This document shows positions 20,188 through 30,526 of a stretch of 64,000 nucleotides of DNA, in pieces (position 1 is the first letter of the stretch; each line of letters begins with the position of its first letter). The stretch lies in assembly GCA_963804995.1 (NCBI GenBank), contig CAWDSK010000003.1, positions 480,001 to 544,000 of the forward strand. The letters run 5' to 3'. The position numbers and the translations under genes are program-made. The notes beneath the pieces were generated by a model. That model made no database searches. It was not told the origin of the DNA and was given only the letters and a program-made list of their open reading frames with translations. This stretch comes from an uncultured Acidobacteriota bacterium (GTDB lineage: Bacteria; Acidobacteriota; Terriglobia; UBA7540).

Positions 20188-21573
20188 TTAACCAGCGTCC
20201 TCGAACCTACCAAACGGCCAGGTCTGCCGCTTCCACGACATGATCGCGAACGCTGCGCATCCGGCCAAAACCGTCAACAAGCCAAAGCTCACATATCGAA
20301 TCCCGGCATCGAGGAAGAGAAATATCCACCCCACCAGGGCGATAGCGCAGGGCAAAGGGTAAAGAATCATCTTGAAGGGGCGGCAGACTTCCGGCCGATA
20401 CTTTCGCAACACCATCACGGCAACAACCTGCATCACAAATTGCACCAGGATGCGAGCCGTCATCAGTGCGCTGATCACCTCCGCCAGCTCGAATAAACTG
20501 GACAGCACGGATAACACACCGATGAGCAACAGGGAGACGTGAGGAAAATCCTTTTGGGTGTGAAGTTTCGCAAAGGGGCGGAAGAAGTTGCCATCCAGCG
20601 CGGCCGCATAAGGGACGCGGGAATAGGCAAGGATCAGGGCGTAAGTGCCCGCAAACGCACTCCATACTATCAGCAGACTTACCGCCTTCCCCGCCCAGTT
20701 CCCGTACACCCGGCTCATGAACAATGCAACGATGAAGGGTGACTGCATTGCTTCCCGCCAGGGAATCACCCCCAGAACACTCAGGCACAAAAGCAGATTG
20801 ATGACGAAGACCACGAGAACGGAAATGATGATGGAACGCGGCACGGTACGCGGCGGGTCCACAACTTCTTCCCCCAGATAGCAGACTGCGTAGTATCCCA
20901 GGTAGCAGTACATCACGTAGAGCGTTGACGATCCCAGGCCCATCAGGTATCCGGTGCGGAGAGCGAACGCATGGGGAGGAAATGAGAAGGCCAGATGGGC
21001 GTTGAAGTGCATGAACCCCGAAATGATCACCCAGACTACGGCGACCAGCATTCCTGCCCAGAGGGTCACCATCACCTTGGCAATGGAGGTGATCTTTCGA
21101 TAAAGCAGAATCGTGGCCAGCACTCCCGCGCCCGCCGCCACCAATTTGCCATCCCGCAACGTCATGCCGGGCCAAAGGTAGCCCATGTATTGCGCGAGGC
21201 CAATGTTCGAGGAGCCAATCTCCAGCGGGCCGCTCAAGATAAGCTGGAAAATGAACATGAAACCCAGAAAGCGTCCCCATTTTTGCCGGCCAAAGGAGTC
21301 GCGCAGGTAAACGTAAGATCCTCCCTCACCGGGGAAGGCACCGGCCAATTCGCTCCAGACCATACCATCGGCCAATGCGATGAGTGTGCCGGTAAACCAA
21401 CCCAGGAGCGCTTGGGGCCCTCCCATCGAGCTGATGATGAGCGGCAGGGTGATGAAGGTCCCGGCCCCCACCATGTTGGACATGTTAATGGAGGTGGCGC
21501 TTAAGAGCCCCAGCCGCCGCTCCAAATGCGGCTGTACTTGCGCCGGGTTTTTGTCTACGTGGGTGTCCTGCAA
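20188..21573 (-). CDS. APC family amino acid permease
   Basis: Multi-TM; MVGAG.F, ELA.AFP..GG.YVY, EEV.DP.R.VPR. Confidence 0.88.
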   Translation of the reverse strand: MQDTHVDKNPAQVQPHLERRLGLLSATSINMSNMVGAGTFITLPLIISSMGGPQALLGWFTGTLIALADGMVWSELAGAFPGEGGSYVYLRDSFGRQKWGRFLGFMFIFQLILSGPLEIGSSNIGLAQYMGYLWPGMTLRDGKLVAAGAGVLATILLYRKITSIAKVMVTLWAGMLVAVVWVIISGFMHFNAHLAFSFPPHAFALRTGYLMGLGSSTLYVMYCYLGYYAVCYLGEEVVDPPRTVPRSIIISVLVVFVINLLLCLSVLGVIPWREAMQSPFIVALFMSRVYGNWAGKAVSLLIVWSAFAGTYALILAYSRVPYAAALDGNFFRPFAKLHTQKDFPHVSLLLIGVLSVLSSLFELAEVISALMTARILVQFVMQVVAVMVLRKYRPEVCRPFKMILYPLPCAIALVGWIFLFLDAGIRYVSFGLLTVLAGCAAFAIMSWKRQTWPFGRFEDAG

Positions 21574-21798
21574 CTAGACCCCTTGGGAAGCGCATTCCCC
21601 ACTTCGATACGAAGTGACTTAAAATTCAGCCACTTGAAGTGGCATGGGCAGGTCTGCCGTGCCACATCAAAATGGTTCATTACCCTTCGGGCAGCATTAG
21701 GGTTTTCCCCCGCCCACGCGCCAGCATATCTGAGGACGGAAAAAACTCGGGGCAGGATATCTACAGGGAAGCTGGCTGTCAAGGCCGCTGAGAAACGG

Positions 21799-21888
21799 GT
21801 GCTGTCCTAATTTCAAACGTAGCGCCGGCTTCCAGCCGGCATGGAGCCCCGATGAATAGGGGCGCTACGTTTAAATTAGGACAGCACC
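21799..21888. repeat. Long inverted repeat enclosing a GTAG-REP doublet
   Basis: GGTGCTGTCCTAATTTCAAACGTAGCGCC...GGCGCTACGTTTAAATTAGGACAGCACC. Confidence 0.8.
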
Positions 21889-22275
21889 AAGGAACGACTG
21901 CACGTGCATCTATTGTTGGGTCGGGCTTCGCCGCGGTGCGCTACCCGCTCTCGGAGGCGTGCGGGTCGTCCCCCATCGACAACAATATTACGCGGACCTA
22001 CAAAACTGGTCCGCGCTACGCGTGCTCGTCATGGTAGCGGGTGGATGCGCCGTGAAAATCGGTGATTTCTTGCGATTTTTTGAAGGCCTAATCGAATAAA
22101 GCAACCCATCCCCTCGATTCACATTATTGACCCTGGCAGTGGCTCCTTTGATAATCCACGCGTCAGGGTATTTCGGTTACAGCCGATCGGCCACATCAGA
22201 TTCAAACGTAACTCGCGTTGGGGGTTAAGTCTTTCCAGACATACAAACAACGCCATCCATAAGGAGGGTGGCTGC

Positions 22276-25200
22276 ATGGCAAAGCACGGGACGTGTATTT
22301 GGGTCACCGCATGGGTCATTCTGTTGTTTGCCGCAGTGCTGAGCGCACAGGAGACCACAGCGAGTTTTCGCGGTACCGTTTTGGATCCCAGCGGTGCGCG
22401 AGTGCCGTCGGCCAAGGTTACGGCCATCCAGGCGGAAACCGGGTTTACACGCAGCGGCGTAAGCGATGCGTCAGGCGACTACTTGCTGGTGCTCCTGCCC
22501 ATTGGCCATTACCGGTTGGAGGTCACAGCGCCGGGGTTTCGCAACTATGTGCAGGACGGCATCAGCTTGAGTGTCAATCAGGTGGCGCAGGTGCCGGTAC
22601 ACCTTGAGGTGGGATTGCCGCAGCAGACCGTGCAGGTCAACGCGGACGCGGGACTGGTGGCGACCACCAACGACTTGGGTGAGACCCTCCACGATAGCGA
22701 GATTGTCGATCTGCCGCTCAACGGCCGCAATTTCTCGCAGCTTGGCCTCCTGCTGCCTGGCACGGCGCCCCTCACGCCAGGTTTGCAGTTGGCCGGTGGC
22801 TCCATGCGTGGCGGCCAGTCGTATGCCGTGAACGGCATGCGGCCGGAGTCCAACGAATTCCTGGTGGACGGAGCGGAGAACTACAACAGCATCAATGCCG
22901 GCTTCGTTCTGAAGCCGCCCCCCGACGCCATTGCGGAATTCCGCATCCTGACCAACACCGCTTCCGCTGAGTTCGGCCATAACGCCGGCTCCAGCACCAA
23001 CATCGTGACGCGCTCGGGATCAAACCAGATTCACGGCGATGTTTACGACTTCCTGCGAAACGACGCGGTGGATGCGCGTAATTTCTTTTCCACCAGCGTG
23101 GACCCCCTGAAGCAAAACCAGTTCGGCGGCACGCTGGGCGGTCCCCTGCGACGTGATAAGACTTTCCTTTTTGGCTTCTACGAGGGCTATCGCAACCGGC
23201 AGGGGGAAACGCAGTTGACCACGGTCCCCACCGCCGCGCAACGGCAGGGAAACTTCGGCGCCGAGTGCGCCACTTATTCGCCCCAGGGATTCTGCACCGA
23301 TCCCGCGGGAACACAGTTGGTCAACGTGTTTGCTTCGCCGCCGCAACCTCTACCTTTCAACCAACTTCCCCCTGGCGCGATCAGTGCAATTTCGCAGAGT
23401 TTGCTGGCATTCTATCCGCTGCCCAATGAGTCGAACTACGGGCCCAACGCCTACGGCGCCACCGAGGTGTTGCAGAACACCTCCGACCAGTTCGGGCTCC
23501 GGCTTGACCACTACCTCTCCGCGCACGACACTATTTCCTTCCACTACCTCTTTAACAACGGTTCGCAGTTGGACCCGCTATCCATCGCCGGGGCCAATGT
23601 GCCCGGTTTTCCCGTAGGAGAGAATTTCCGCGCCCAAAACGCCGCCCTGGAAGAAACCCACTCGTTCTCGCCGTCGATTGTGAACGTCGTCCGGTTTTCC
23701 TTTCTGCGAAACAAATTCCTTTTTGGTGAAGCCACGAACCACACCCCGATCTCCTCGCTGGGATTCCAATACTCTCCCACCCTGGCAAGTCAGTTGGGGC
23801 CTCCCTTCGTGGAAGTCGGGGGCTATGCTTCGGTCGGCAATCCCATCACGGGGCCGGCCAACGACTATCAGAATACTTATTCGTTGACGGACTCGCTGGC
23901 ATGGGTCCACGGGAGGCACGAACTTAAATTGGGCGGCGAGTTTCAACGCGACCAATTGAATACGCTACTGGGCATTGCCTCGAATGGATTTTTCGTTTTT
24001 GCCCCCGTTCCCATCGTGGGCGATGCGTTTGTGGACTTCCTGATCGGACAGCCGGTGGTTTTCCTGCAAGGCGGGGGGCAGCTTCCACGCGGTATGCGCG
24101 CCACGAATTTCAATCTTTATGTGCAGGACAGTTACAAGCCCACTTCGCGCCTGACGGTCAATATAGGGCTGCGCTACGAATTGCCGCAGCCTTACCGCGA
24201 AATCCACAACCAGGACGCGTTGTTTGTGCCCCAGGCGCAGTCGCGCATCATTCCGAGCGCACCTCCGGGCCTGCTTTATCCGGGCGATCCGGGTGTGGGG
24301 CCTGGTTTAATCCCCAGGGAATACCGCGCCTTGGCTCCGCGTGCGGGCTTCGCTTGGGATCCCACCGGCAACGGGAAGTGGGCCGTGCGCGCCGCCTACG
24401 GTATTTTCTATGACCCTTATTACAACGGTGAAGGCGGTCCCTTGCAAGCGCCGGAAAGCGCGCCACCGTGGTTCAAGACAATCCAGGAATCGTTTCCTTC
24501 CAGCTTCGCGGACCCTCTGCCGGCCGGGTCCAATCCCTTTGCACCCAACTTTGCGGGCGGAGCCCAATCGCTGACCCTGCTCACTCTCGATCCACACCTC
24601 CAGGTGCCCTACGCGCAAGATTGGAACTTCACGGTGGAGCATTCTTTTGGACAGGGGTGGTTGCTGGAGGTTGGATACGTGGGAACCAAAGGGACCAAGT
24701 TGCCGCGCTTCCTCGAAAGCAATCCGCCCACACTCTGTTCCACGCTGCCGGCCAGTCAGCAATCCTCCTGCATCAGCGGCGAACAACAGAACGTAAACGC
24801 TTACCGCCCCTATTCGGGCTGCAATCCGGCGAATCCCAATCTTTGCAATTACGGGTCGATAGGCCTGATCTCCGGTGTCACCAACTCGAATTACAACTCA
24901 CTTCAGACGAGCCTGCGTAAACGCCTCGGCCACGGCATGGCGTTCCTGGCGTCCTATACCTATTCCAAGGCCCTGGACGACGTGTCAAGTTTCAATCTTA
25001 CGGGGTCCGCACCAACGCTAGTCGCTGGCGAAAATGACCTTGCGCAGAACCCGTGGAATCTGGAGGCGGAGTATGGCCGCTCGCTGTTCGACGCTCGCCA
25101 ACGTCTGGTCTTCAGCTATCAGTGGCAGCTCCCCTTCTGGAAGAGCTCCCACACCTGGTACCAGAGCGCCCTGGGTAACTGGCAGTTGAACGGCATCGTT

Positions 25201-25632
25201 TCCACGTCGACGGGGACGCCGTTTACCGTTTATGATTCCAGTGACCCGTCTCTTCAGGGACAATCCCCCGAGATCTCGGGGTTTGTCGGTGACCGCCCGA
25301 ACCTGGTGGGAAATCCCAACAACGGCCCCAAAACTGCGAGCCAATGGTTCAACACCCAGGCATTCCAGCAGAACACGCATCTGGGAACCTTCGGCAATGC
25401 CGGCCGAAATATCGTCCAAGCCGCCGGCCTCTCTCAATGGGACTTTGCAGTTTTGAAGAACTTTCATCTGGCGGAGTCGGCCACCCTGCAGTTCCGCGGC
25501 GAGTTTTTTAATCTTCTGAACCGGGTGAACTTTGGCGTGCCGAATGACGACATCAGCTCGCCCACCTTTGGGCAGGTTCAGACGGCTGCTGCACCGCGCC
25601 AGATTCAATTCGCGCTGAAGCTTTTGTTCTAG
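22276..25632 (+). CDS. TonB-dependent receptor (Oar-like) with carboxypeptidase-regulatory-like N-domain
   Basis: G.V.DPSGA.V, LPLNGRNF, RSGSNQ.HG, NQFGG..GGP, C-terminal RQIQFALKLLF. Confidence 0.9.
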   Translation: MAKHGTCIWVTAWVILLFAAVLSAQETTASFRGTVLDPSGARVPSAKVTAIQAETGFTRSGVSDASGDYLLVLLPIGHYRLEVTAPGFRNYVQDGISLSVNQVAQVPVHLEVGLPQQTVQVNADAGLVATTNDLGETLHDSEIVDLPLNGRNFSQLGLLLPGTAPLTPGLQLAGGSMRGGQSYAVNGMRPESNEFLVDGAENYNSINAGFVLKPPPDAIAEFRILTNTASAEFGHNAGSSTNIVTRSGSNQIHGDVYDFLRNDAVDARNFFSTSVDPLKQNQFGGTLGGPLRRDKTFLFGFYEGYRNRQGETQLTTVPTAAQRQGNFGAECATYSPQGFCTDPAGTQLVNVFASPPQPLPFNQLPPGAISAISQSLLAFYPLPNESNYGPNAYGATEVLQNTSDQFGLRLDHYLSAHDTISFHYLFNNGSQLDPLSIAGANVPGFPVGENFRAQNAALEETHSFSPSIVNVVRFSFLRNKFLFGEATNHTPISSLGFQYSPTLASQLGPPFVEVGGYASVGNPITGPANDYQNTYSLTDSLAWVHGRHELKLGGEFQRDQLNTLLGIASNGFFVFAPVPIVGDAFVDFLIGQPVVFLQGGGQLPRGMRATNFNLYVQDSYKPTSRLTVNIGLRYELPQPYREIHNQDALFVPQAQSRIIPSAPPGLLYPGDPGVGPGLIPREYRALAPRAGFAWDPTGNGKWAVRAAYGIFYDPYYNGEGGPLQAPESAPPWFKTIQESFPSSFADPLPAGSNPFAPNFAGGAQSLTLLTLDPHLQVPYAQDWNFTVEHSFGQGWLLEVGYVGTKGTKLPRFLESNPPTLCSTLPASQQSSCISGEQQNVNAYRPYSGCNPANPNLCNYGSIGLISGVTNSNYNSLQTSLRKRLGHGMAFLASYTYSKALDDVSSFNLTGSAPTLVAGENDLAQNPWNLEAEYGRSLFDARQRLVFSYQWQLPFWKSSHTWYQSALGNWQLNGIVSTSTGTPFTVYDSSDPSLQGQSPEISGFVGDRPNLVGNPNNGPKTASQWFNTQAFQQNTHLGTFGNAGRNIVQAAGLSQWDFAVLKNFHLAESATLQFRGEFFNLLNRVNFGVPNDDISSPTFGQVQTAAAPRQIQFALKLLF

Positions 25633-25692
25633 AGGGGACGGATTTCGGAAGCAAGTGTAGCGTGGACCTCTGCGGTGGTGGGGCAAGTTGAC

Positions 25693-25765
25693 GTAGCGGC
25701 GGGTTTACCCCGCCACCCTGCCCGCGATCGCGTGGCATGAAATGGCGGGGTAAACCCGCCGCTAC
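25693..25765. repeat. REP doublet (REPIN), copy 1
   Basis: GTAGCGGCGGGTTTACCCCGCC...GGCGGGGTAAACCCGCCGCTAC, 73 bp. Confidence 0.85.
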
Positions 25766-25889
25766 GAATCGGGCAGGATCAACTCGCCGTTGGGGCAAAC
25801 AGACCTGACAGGCAAACAGACCTGAACTTGCTACACGCGAGGATTTCCCGTATCCTGAGGGCGTAGGGAGTGGAAACGGAGAACCAGCG

Positions 25890-26156
25890 ATGCAGTTAAA
25901 CGTCCCACCGGACCTTGAGACGCTCATCAAAAAGCGCCTTTCCAGCGGCGGCTATACGAGCGCTGAAGACGTAGTCCGCCGCGCCCTGGAGGCGCAGGAC
26001 GCCGAAGAAAGCTGGACCGACGAGGAACGCCGGGCACTCGCCGCTCATATCGAGGAAGGCTATCTCCAGGCCGAGCGTGGCGAGCTTATGGACGGCGCCG
26101 AGGCTCGCCGGGAAATTCAGGCGATGAAAGACAACTGGCGTTTGTCCAAACGATGA
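25890..26156 (+). CDS. ParD-like RHH antitoxin
   Basis: SGGY.S..DVVR.AL motif; ATGA overlap with downstream toxin. Confidence 0.8.
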   Translation: MQLNVPPDLETLIKKRLSSGGYTSAEDVVRRALEAQDAEESWTDEERRALAAHIEEGYLQAERGELMDGAEARREIQAMKDNWRLSKR

Positions 26157-26464
26157 GCGTCTATGCTCTCACGCCTCTTGCCAAAACGGATATTTTTGAT
26201 ATCTGGTGTTACCTTGCCGATGCCAGCGAAGACGCCGCCGAGCGCGTAGAGCACGCCATTTACGACGCTTGCGCGTTCCTCGCCGAAGCGCCCCGGCGCG
26301 GCCATTCCCGTCCCGACCTCACATCCCGTCCGCTACGCTTCTGGACGCTGACGCGTTATCCCAATTACACCGTTGTGTACCGGCCAGAGACGGCCCCCCT
26401 TCAGGTCGTCGCCGTTCTCCACGGGAAAAGAAACATACAACGCATCCTGAAACAGCGCCCGTGA
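26153..26464 (+). CDS. RelE/ParE family toxin
   Basis: LTP.A..D..DIW.Y, P..G..R.DL, VVAVLHG.R. Confidence 0.88.
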   Translation: MSVYALTPLAKTDIFDIWCYLADASEDAAERVEHAIYDACAFLAEAPRRGHSRPDLTSRPLRFWTLTRYPNYTVVYRPETAPLQVVAVLHGKRNIQRILKQRP

Positions 26465-26479
26465 CGAGGCCAATTTGAT

Positions 26480-26552
26480 GTAGCGGCGAGTTTACCTCGC
26501 CACCCGGCCCACGATCGCGTGGCATAAAATGGCGGGGTAAACCCGCCGCTAC
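26480..26552. repeat. REP doublet (REPIN), copy 2
   Basis: Near-identical 73-bp direct repeat of 25693-25765. Confidence 0.85.
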
Positions 26553-27322
26553 GCTTGCTGTCCGTCCCGAACCCCGAAGCCCCCATCCCCTGCCGTGACA
26601 CACTCCACCACTTCGGTTATCGGTCGGTGGGCATACGAACATGAGCTTAAAGTCGGCTCGAAGTTTGAAAATCACAAAATCACTCAATGACTCGATGATC
26701 CGATGACTGAATGGCCCGATCACCCGATTGCCAGACCTCGCCGTGACACACTTCCCCGTATCGGTTATCGGTAGGATCGACGCCAAGGATGAGGCAAATG
26801 AGCGGCCCGTCACAAACGACTTGACCCCTCACCCGCCTGCGGGGCGTGCGCTACTCGTAGGGGCACCTCTCGTGGGTGCCCTGATGTCGGCTACGCCGAC
26901 GGGGAGGGCAGGCACGAGGCCCATAAGCGCTTAGATAAGGACGAATAACTTCCGAGTACACCGTCACTCGCTCGGAATATTTAATGGTCCATGGTCTCGG
27001 TGATAAACACTAAGCGACTTATGGGGAGAAATACGGAGAAACGGCAGCAACCGTTAGCCGATGAACCACTTGAAGCATCATTGGTGGTGGGAACTTGTGC
27101 CAGCCCAGTTCGCGGTGTTCATGCCGCTGCTAACCTGGTATTTCAACTCGCGACGAAATCACATCCTCAGGCACATGTAGCACTGCGGCAGGAAGTTCAT
27201 GCAGCGCAGGAGGTCCCGCAAGCGCGAGTCGGGGCGTAGCAGGTCCGCCGCGAAGCCGTCCAGGCGAAAGCTGATGGATGAACGCCGGCCCGTCACTCGC
27301 AACTTGTCACTCGTCACTGCTC

Positions 27323-30300
27323 TCAGAAGTTCTCCAGCAACCACACATTGGCTTCTCTGGTACTGCCCATCAGAGCCAGATGGCGACCGTCGGGAGAAAA
27401 AGAGGCGCCATAACGCATCTCCGCACCGCCGATGAAACCTTCTTTCTCGAGGACGTAAGGGGTACCTTTCAAATCCACATAACTGATCTCTCCGTGCCAC
27501 CCTGATACAACCAGACCCTTGCCGTCTGGCGCCCAGAACAACTGCCAGAAGGTCTCCCGATATTTGACACTAACCTCCTGGGCCGCCCCGCCAGCCAACG
27601 GCAGGATTTGGATTCGGCGCTCGCGCTCCTCATTCTGGTTAAATGCGAGGCGCATGCCATCGCTGGAAAGGTCCCAGACATGATACGCGTCCGGAGGGTT
27701 GAGATTAACCCTGGCAAGCTCCTGCCTCCTCGGTTCTTGCGACGGCTCGAACGCCGAGAAGATGATTTGTTTTCGGTCCGGACTCTCCTCGCTGAAGACG
27801 CACAAAGTCGCAGGGGCCCGGGCGCAGGCCAGGCCGTCGATACCCCGTCCCTCCAGCACTAGCTGCGGTGGTCCGCCCGAGGCGGGCACTCGCATGATGC
27901 GTACCGGGGTGGGGGGATTGACCTCAGCCGTTGCACTGGACAAGTATAGAATCCAGGAACCATCCGGGCTCACGACAGGGTTGTCCTTGAAGTCAGGACC
28001 TGTCGTTACCAGTTCGGCCGCCTCCTGGTCTAACGCCTGTTTAAAGATGTCCGTAGTGCCGTTCCGATCAGACCAGAATAGGACGGTTTTATTGTCCGGC
28101 ATCCACCCGCCCGGATAAGCATTGTGCTCATCCAGTGTCAGGCGGCGCGGCTCCTTCAAACCGTGGCCACCGGCTTCCAGTTCCCCGACGTAGACACTCG
28201 CCGGCGAGCTGTATTTCGTAACGGCCAACTGCTTTCCATCTTGCGTCCCGTTAACAACGTCTATATTGACCCCGGTCCATTCCGTGAGTTGTCTTGGTTT
28301 GCTCACAGGTTGACCGGTCCTGGTGTCAACCCTGATTTCCCAGAGATTGCTGTCGTCCTGATGCGGCGGCGCTTCTAACATTGTATAGATGAAGCGACCG
28401 CCGGGGTACCACAGAAATTGGATGCCCTGATTACATAACCTCGGGTCGGACACGATGAGAGTCGGCTGACCTCCCTTCAGGTCGCGACTCTCGATAGAAC
28501 ATACGAACGTGTCCGGCGTGCGGTGAAATCTTTCGTAGGCGATCCTCTGCCCGGTTGGCGACCACGCTGCCCAATAGAAGCCGTCATCCTCAGAACCGGA
28601 TAAAAACCTGCGTGGTTCCTCCCCTTGTGGTCCCATCAGCCAGATCTCGCAGTAGATTGCAGAAGGACCTTGACATACACCGGTTCCGAGCGCAATCAGG
28701 GTGCCGTCCGGGGAGACGGCCCAGAGGCCGGCGTCATCTCGAAACTTGCGAGGAGGTCCACCCATGGCTGAAGCAACCCAGCCGCTCCGGGGGACGGTTC
28801 CGTAGCTGGTGGCAAAGAACTTGGTACTATCAGGGAACCACCCAAGCGGGAAAAAGCCAGCGCGGTCAGGGGCCGGCCCTTCGGGTTGAGGAATGGTGCG
28901 CGTCTCCCCAGTTTGAATCAGCTTCAGGTGCATTCCCATTCGGTCGCCATAGGCGAGGTACTTCCCGTCGGGCGAAATAACACCACTTGTTACAGGGTTT
29001 TCGCTGGGATTGAAGGTGAGTCTGCGTTCCTTGAGTTGGGGCGGGGGACGCGTGAGCCAGTAGGCGAGAACCGCGCCGCCGATGACGACAGCACCGGCCA
29101 GGGCGATGGCCAGCCGGCGACGGTTCTGTAGCGGCGGTGTCCCCACCGCCGCGTGGCGATCAGAGATCGCCGCTACAGCCCGCCCCGAGTCCGTATCGCG
29201 TTTCAAGCGCTGGAGGTCGGCGCGCAAATCGGAGGCGTGCTGGTAACGAATGTCTCGATCCTTCTCCAGCGCCTTGTTGATGATCTCTTCAAGTTTGGGG
29301 GGCAGGCTGGGATTCAGGCTGACGGGAGAGACCGGCGCTTGGCTCAGAATGGCATTGAAGACGACCGCCGAGGTGTTGCCCGCGAACGGCTGCCTCCCCG
29401 TCGCCATCTCATAGAGCACCGCGCCGAAGCTGAACAGGTCGGTTCGCGCGTCGACCTCTTCGCCGCGCGCCTGCTCAGGCGACATGTAGGCGGCCGTGCC
29501 TACCGCCCCGCCCAGACTGGTCAGCGACTCCTCCGCCGCGGTGGGTAGCGCCGGCCTGTGGCCGCCACCCGGAGCCGCCGAGGACGGCAGCGCTAGTTTC
29601 GCCAGGCCGAAGTCGAGAACCTTGGCTTGACCTCGCGGGGTGACGAAGATATTCGCCGGCTTGATGTCGCGGTGAATGATGCCCTTGCCATGTGCCGCCT
29701 CGAGCCCTGCCGTAATCTGGATGGCGAGGTCGAGCAACGTGTCCAATTGTAGCGGCGGTCTCTGACCGCCGATTCGTCGATCGGAGATCGACGCTACAGC
29801 GAGCCGCTCCTTCAGCGTTTCCCCCTCCAGCAGTTCCATGGCGATGAACGGCTGGCCCTCGAACTCGTCGATGTCATGAATGGTGCAGATGTTGGGATGG
29901 TTCAGGGCGCTGGCGGCACGGGCTTCACGCTGGAAACGAGCGAGTGCTTGCCGGTCCTTCGCCAATTCCGCGGGCAGAAACTTCAGCGCGACCGTCCGGC
30001 CCAGCCGCGTGTCCTCCGCTCTATAGATCACCCCCATCGCGCCACGCCCCAGCATCCCGGTGACCCGGTAGTGCGAGACTTCCTTGCCCAGCAGGCTATC
30101 AGACCCCGTCAGATCAGGGGGGATCGACTCGGCCACGGGCTCCTCCACCGCAGCCACCGCCGGCTGAGGGGAGCCTGCGGGGTTTACCTCCTCCCATTCC
30201 ACGGGGACCAGCAGACGGTAGCCGCGGCGGGCTACCGTCTCCACGTATTTCGGCTCCTCCGCTGTGTCACCCAGCGCGTCCCGTAACCTCTTGATGGCGG

Positions 30301-30526
30301 CGTTGATGCTGTGGTCGAACTCCACGATGGTGTCATTCGGCCAGAGTTTTTTCTGCAGCTCCTCGCGCGTCACCACCTCGCTAGGACGCTCCACCAGCAT
30401 TTGGAGAATCCGGAAGGGTTGTTCCTGAAGGCGCAGTTTGCGCCCCTCTTTGTGCAGTTCCCCGGCTTTAAGGTCCAACTTGAAGGGCCCCAGACGGACC
30501 ACGTGAGAGCGCCGCGCCGCTTGCAT
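27323..30526 (-). CDS. CadC/OmpR-type winged-helix + Hanks-type Ser/Thr kinase + TM + PD40 beta-propeller protein
   Basis: LQEQPF...IETVARRGYR-like wHTH; LGRGAMG, VALK, HRDIKPAN, DFG, YMSPEQ; SPDG repeats. Confidence 0.92.
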   Translation of the reverse strand: MQAARRSHVVRLGPFKLDLKAGELHKEGRKLRLQEQPFRILQMLVERPSEVVTREELQKKLWPNDTIVEFDHSINAAIKRLRDALGDTAEEPKYVETVARRGYRLLVPVEWEEVNPAGSPQPAVAAVEEPVAESIPPDLTGSDSLLGKEVSHYRVTGMLGRGAMGVIYRAEDTRLGRTVALKFLPAELAKDRQALARFQREARAASALNHPNICTIHDIDEFEGQPFIAMELLEGETLKERLAVASISDRRIGGQRPPLQLDTLLDLAIQITAGLEAAHGKGIIHRDIKPANIFVTPRGQAKVLDFGLAKLALPSSAAPGGGHRPALPTAAEESLTSLGGAVGTAAYMSPEQARGEEVDARTDLFSFGAVLYEMATGRQPFAGNTSAVVFNAILSQAPVSPVSLNPSLPPKLEEIINKALEKDRDIRYQHASDLRADLQRLKRDTDSGRAVAAISDRHAAVGTPPLQNRRRLAIALAGAVVIGGAVLAYWLTRPPPQLKERRLTFNPSENPVTSGVISPDGKYLAYGDRMGMHLKLIQTGETRTIPQPEGPAPDRAGFFPLGWFPDSTKFFATSYGTVPRSGWVASAMGGPPRKFRDDAGLWAVSPDGTLIALGTGVCQGPSAIYCEIWLMGPQGEEPRRFLSGSEDDGFYWAAWSPTGQRIAYERFHRTPDTFVCSIESRDLKGGQPTLIVSDPRLCNQGIQFLWYPGGRFIYTMLEAPPHQDDSNLWEIRVDTRTGQPVSKPRQLTEWTGVNIDVVNGTQDGKQLAVTKYSSPASVYVGELEAGGHGLKEPRRLTLDEHNAYPGGWMPDNKTVLFWSDRNGTTDIFKQALDQEAAELVTTGPDFKDNPVVSPDGSWILYLSSATAEVNPPTPVRIMRVPASGGPPQLVLEGRGIDGLACARAPATLCVFSEESPDRKQIIFSAFEPSQEPRRQELARVNLNPPDAYHVWDLSSDGMRLAFNQNEERERRIQILPLAGGAAQEVSVKYRETFWQLFWAPDGKGLVVSGWHGEISYVDLKGTPYVLEKEGFIGGAEMRYGASFSPDGRHLALMGSTREANVWLLENF

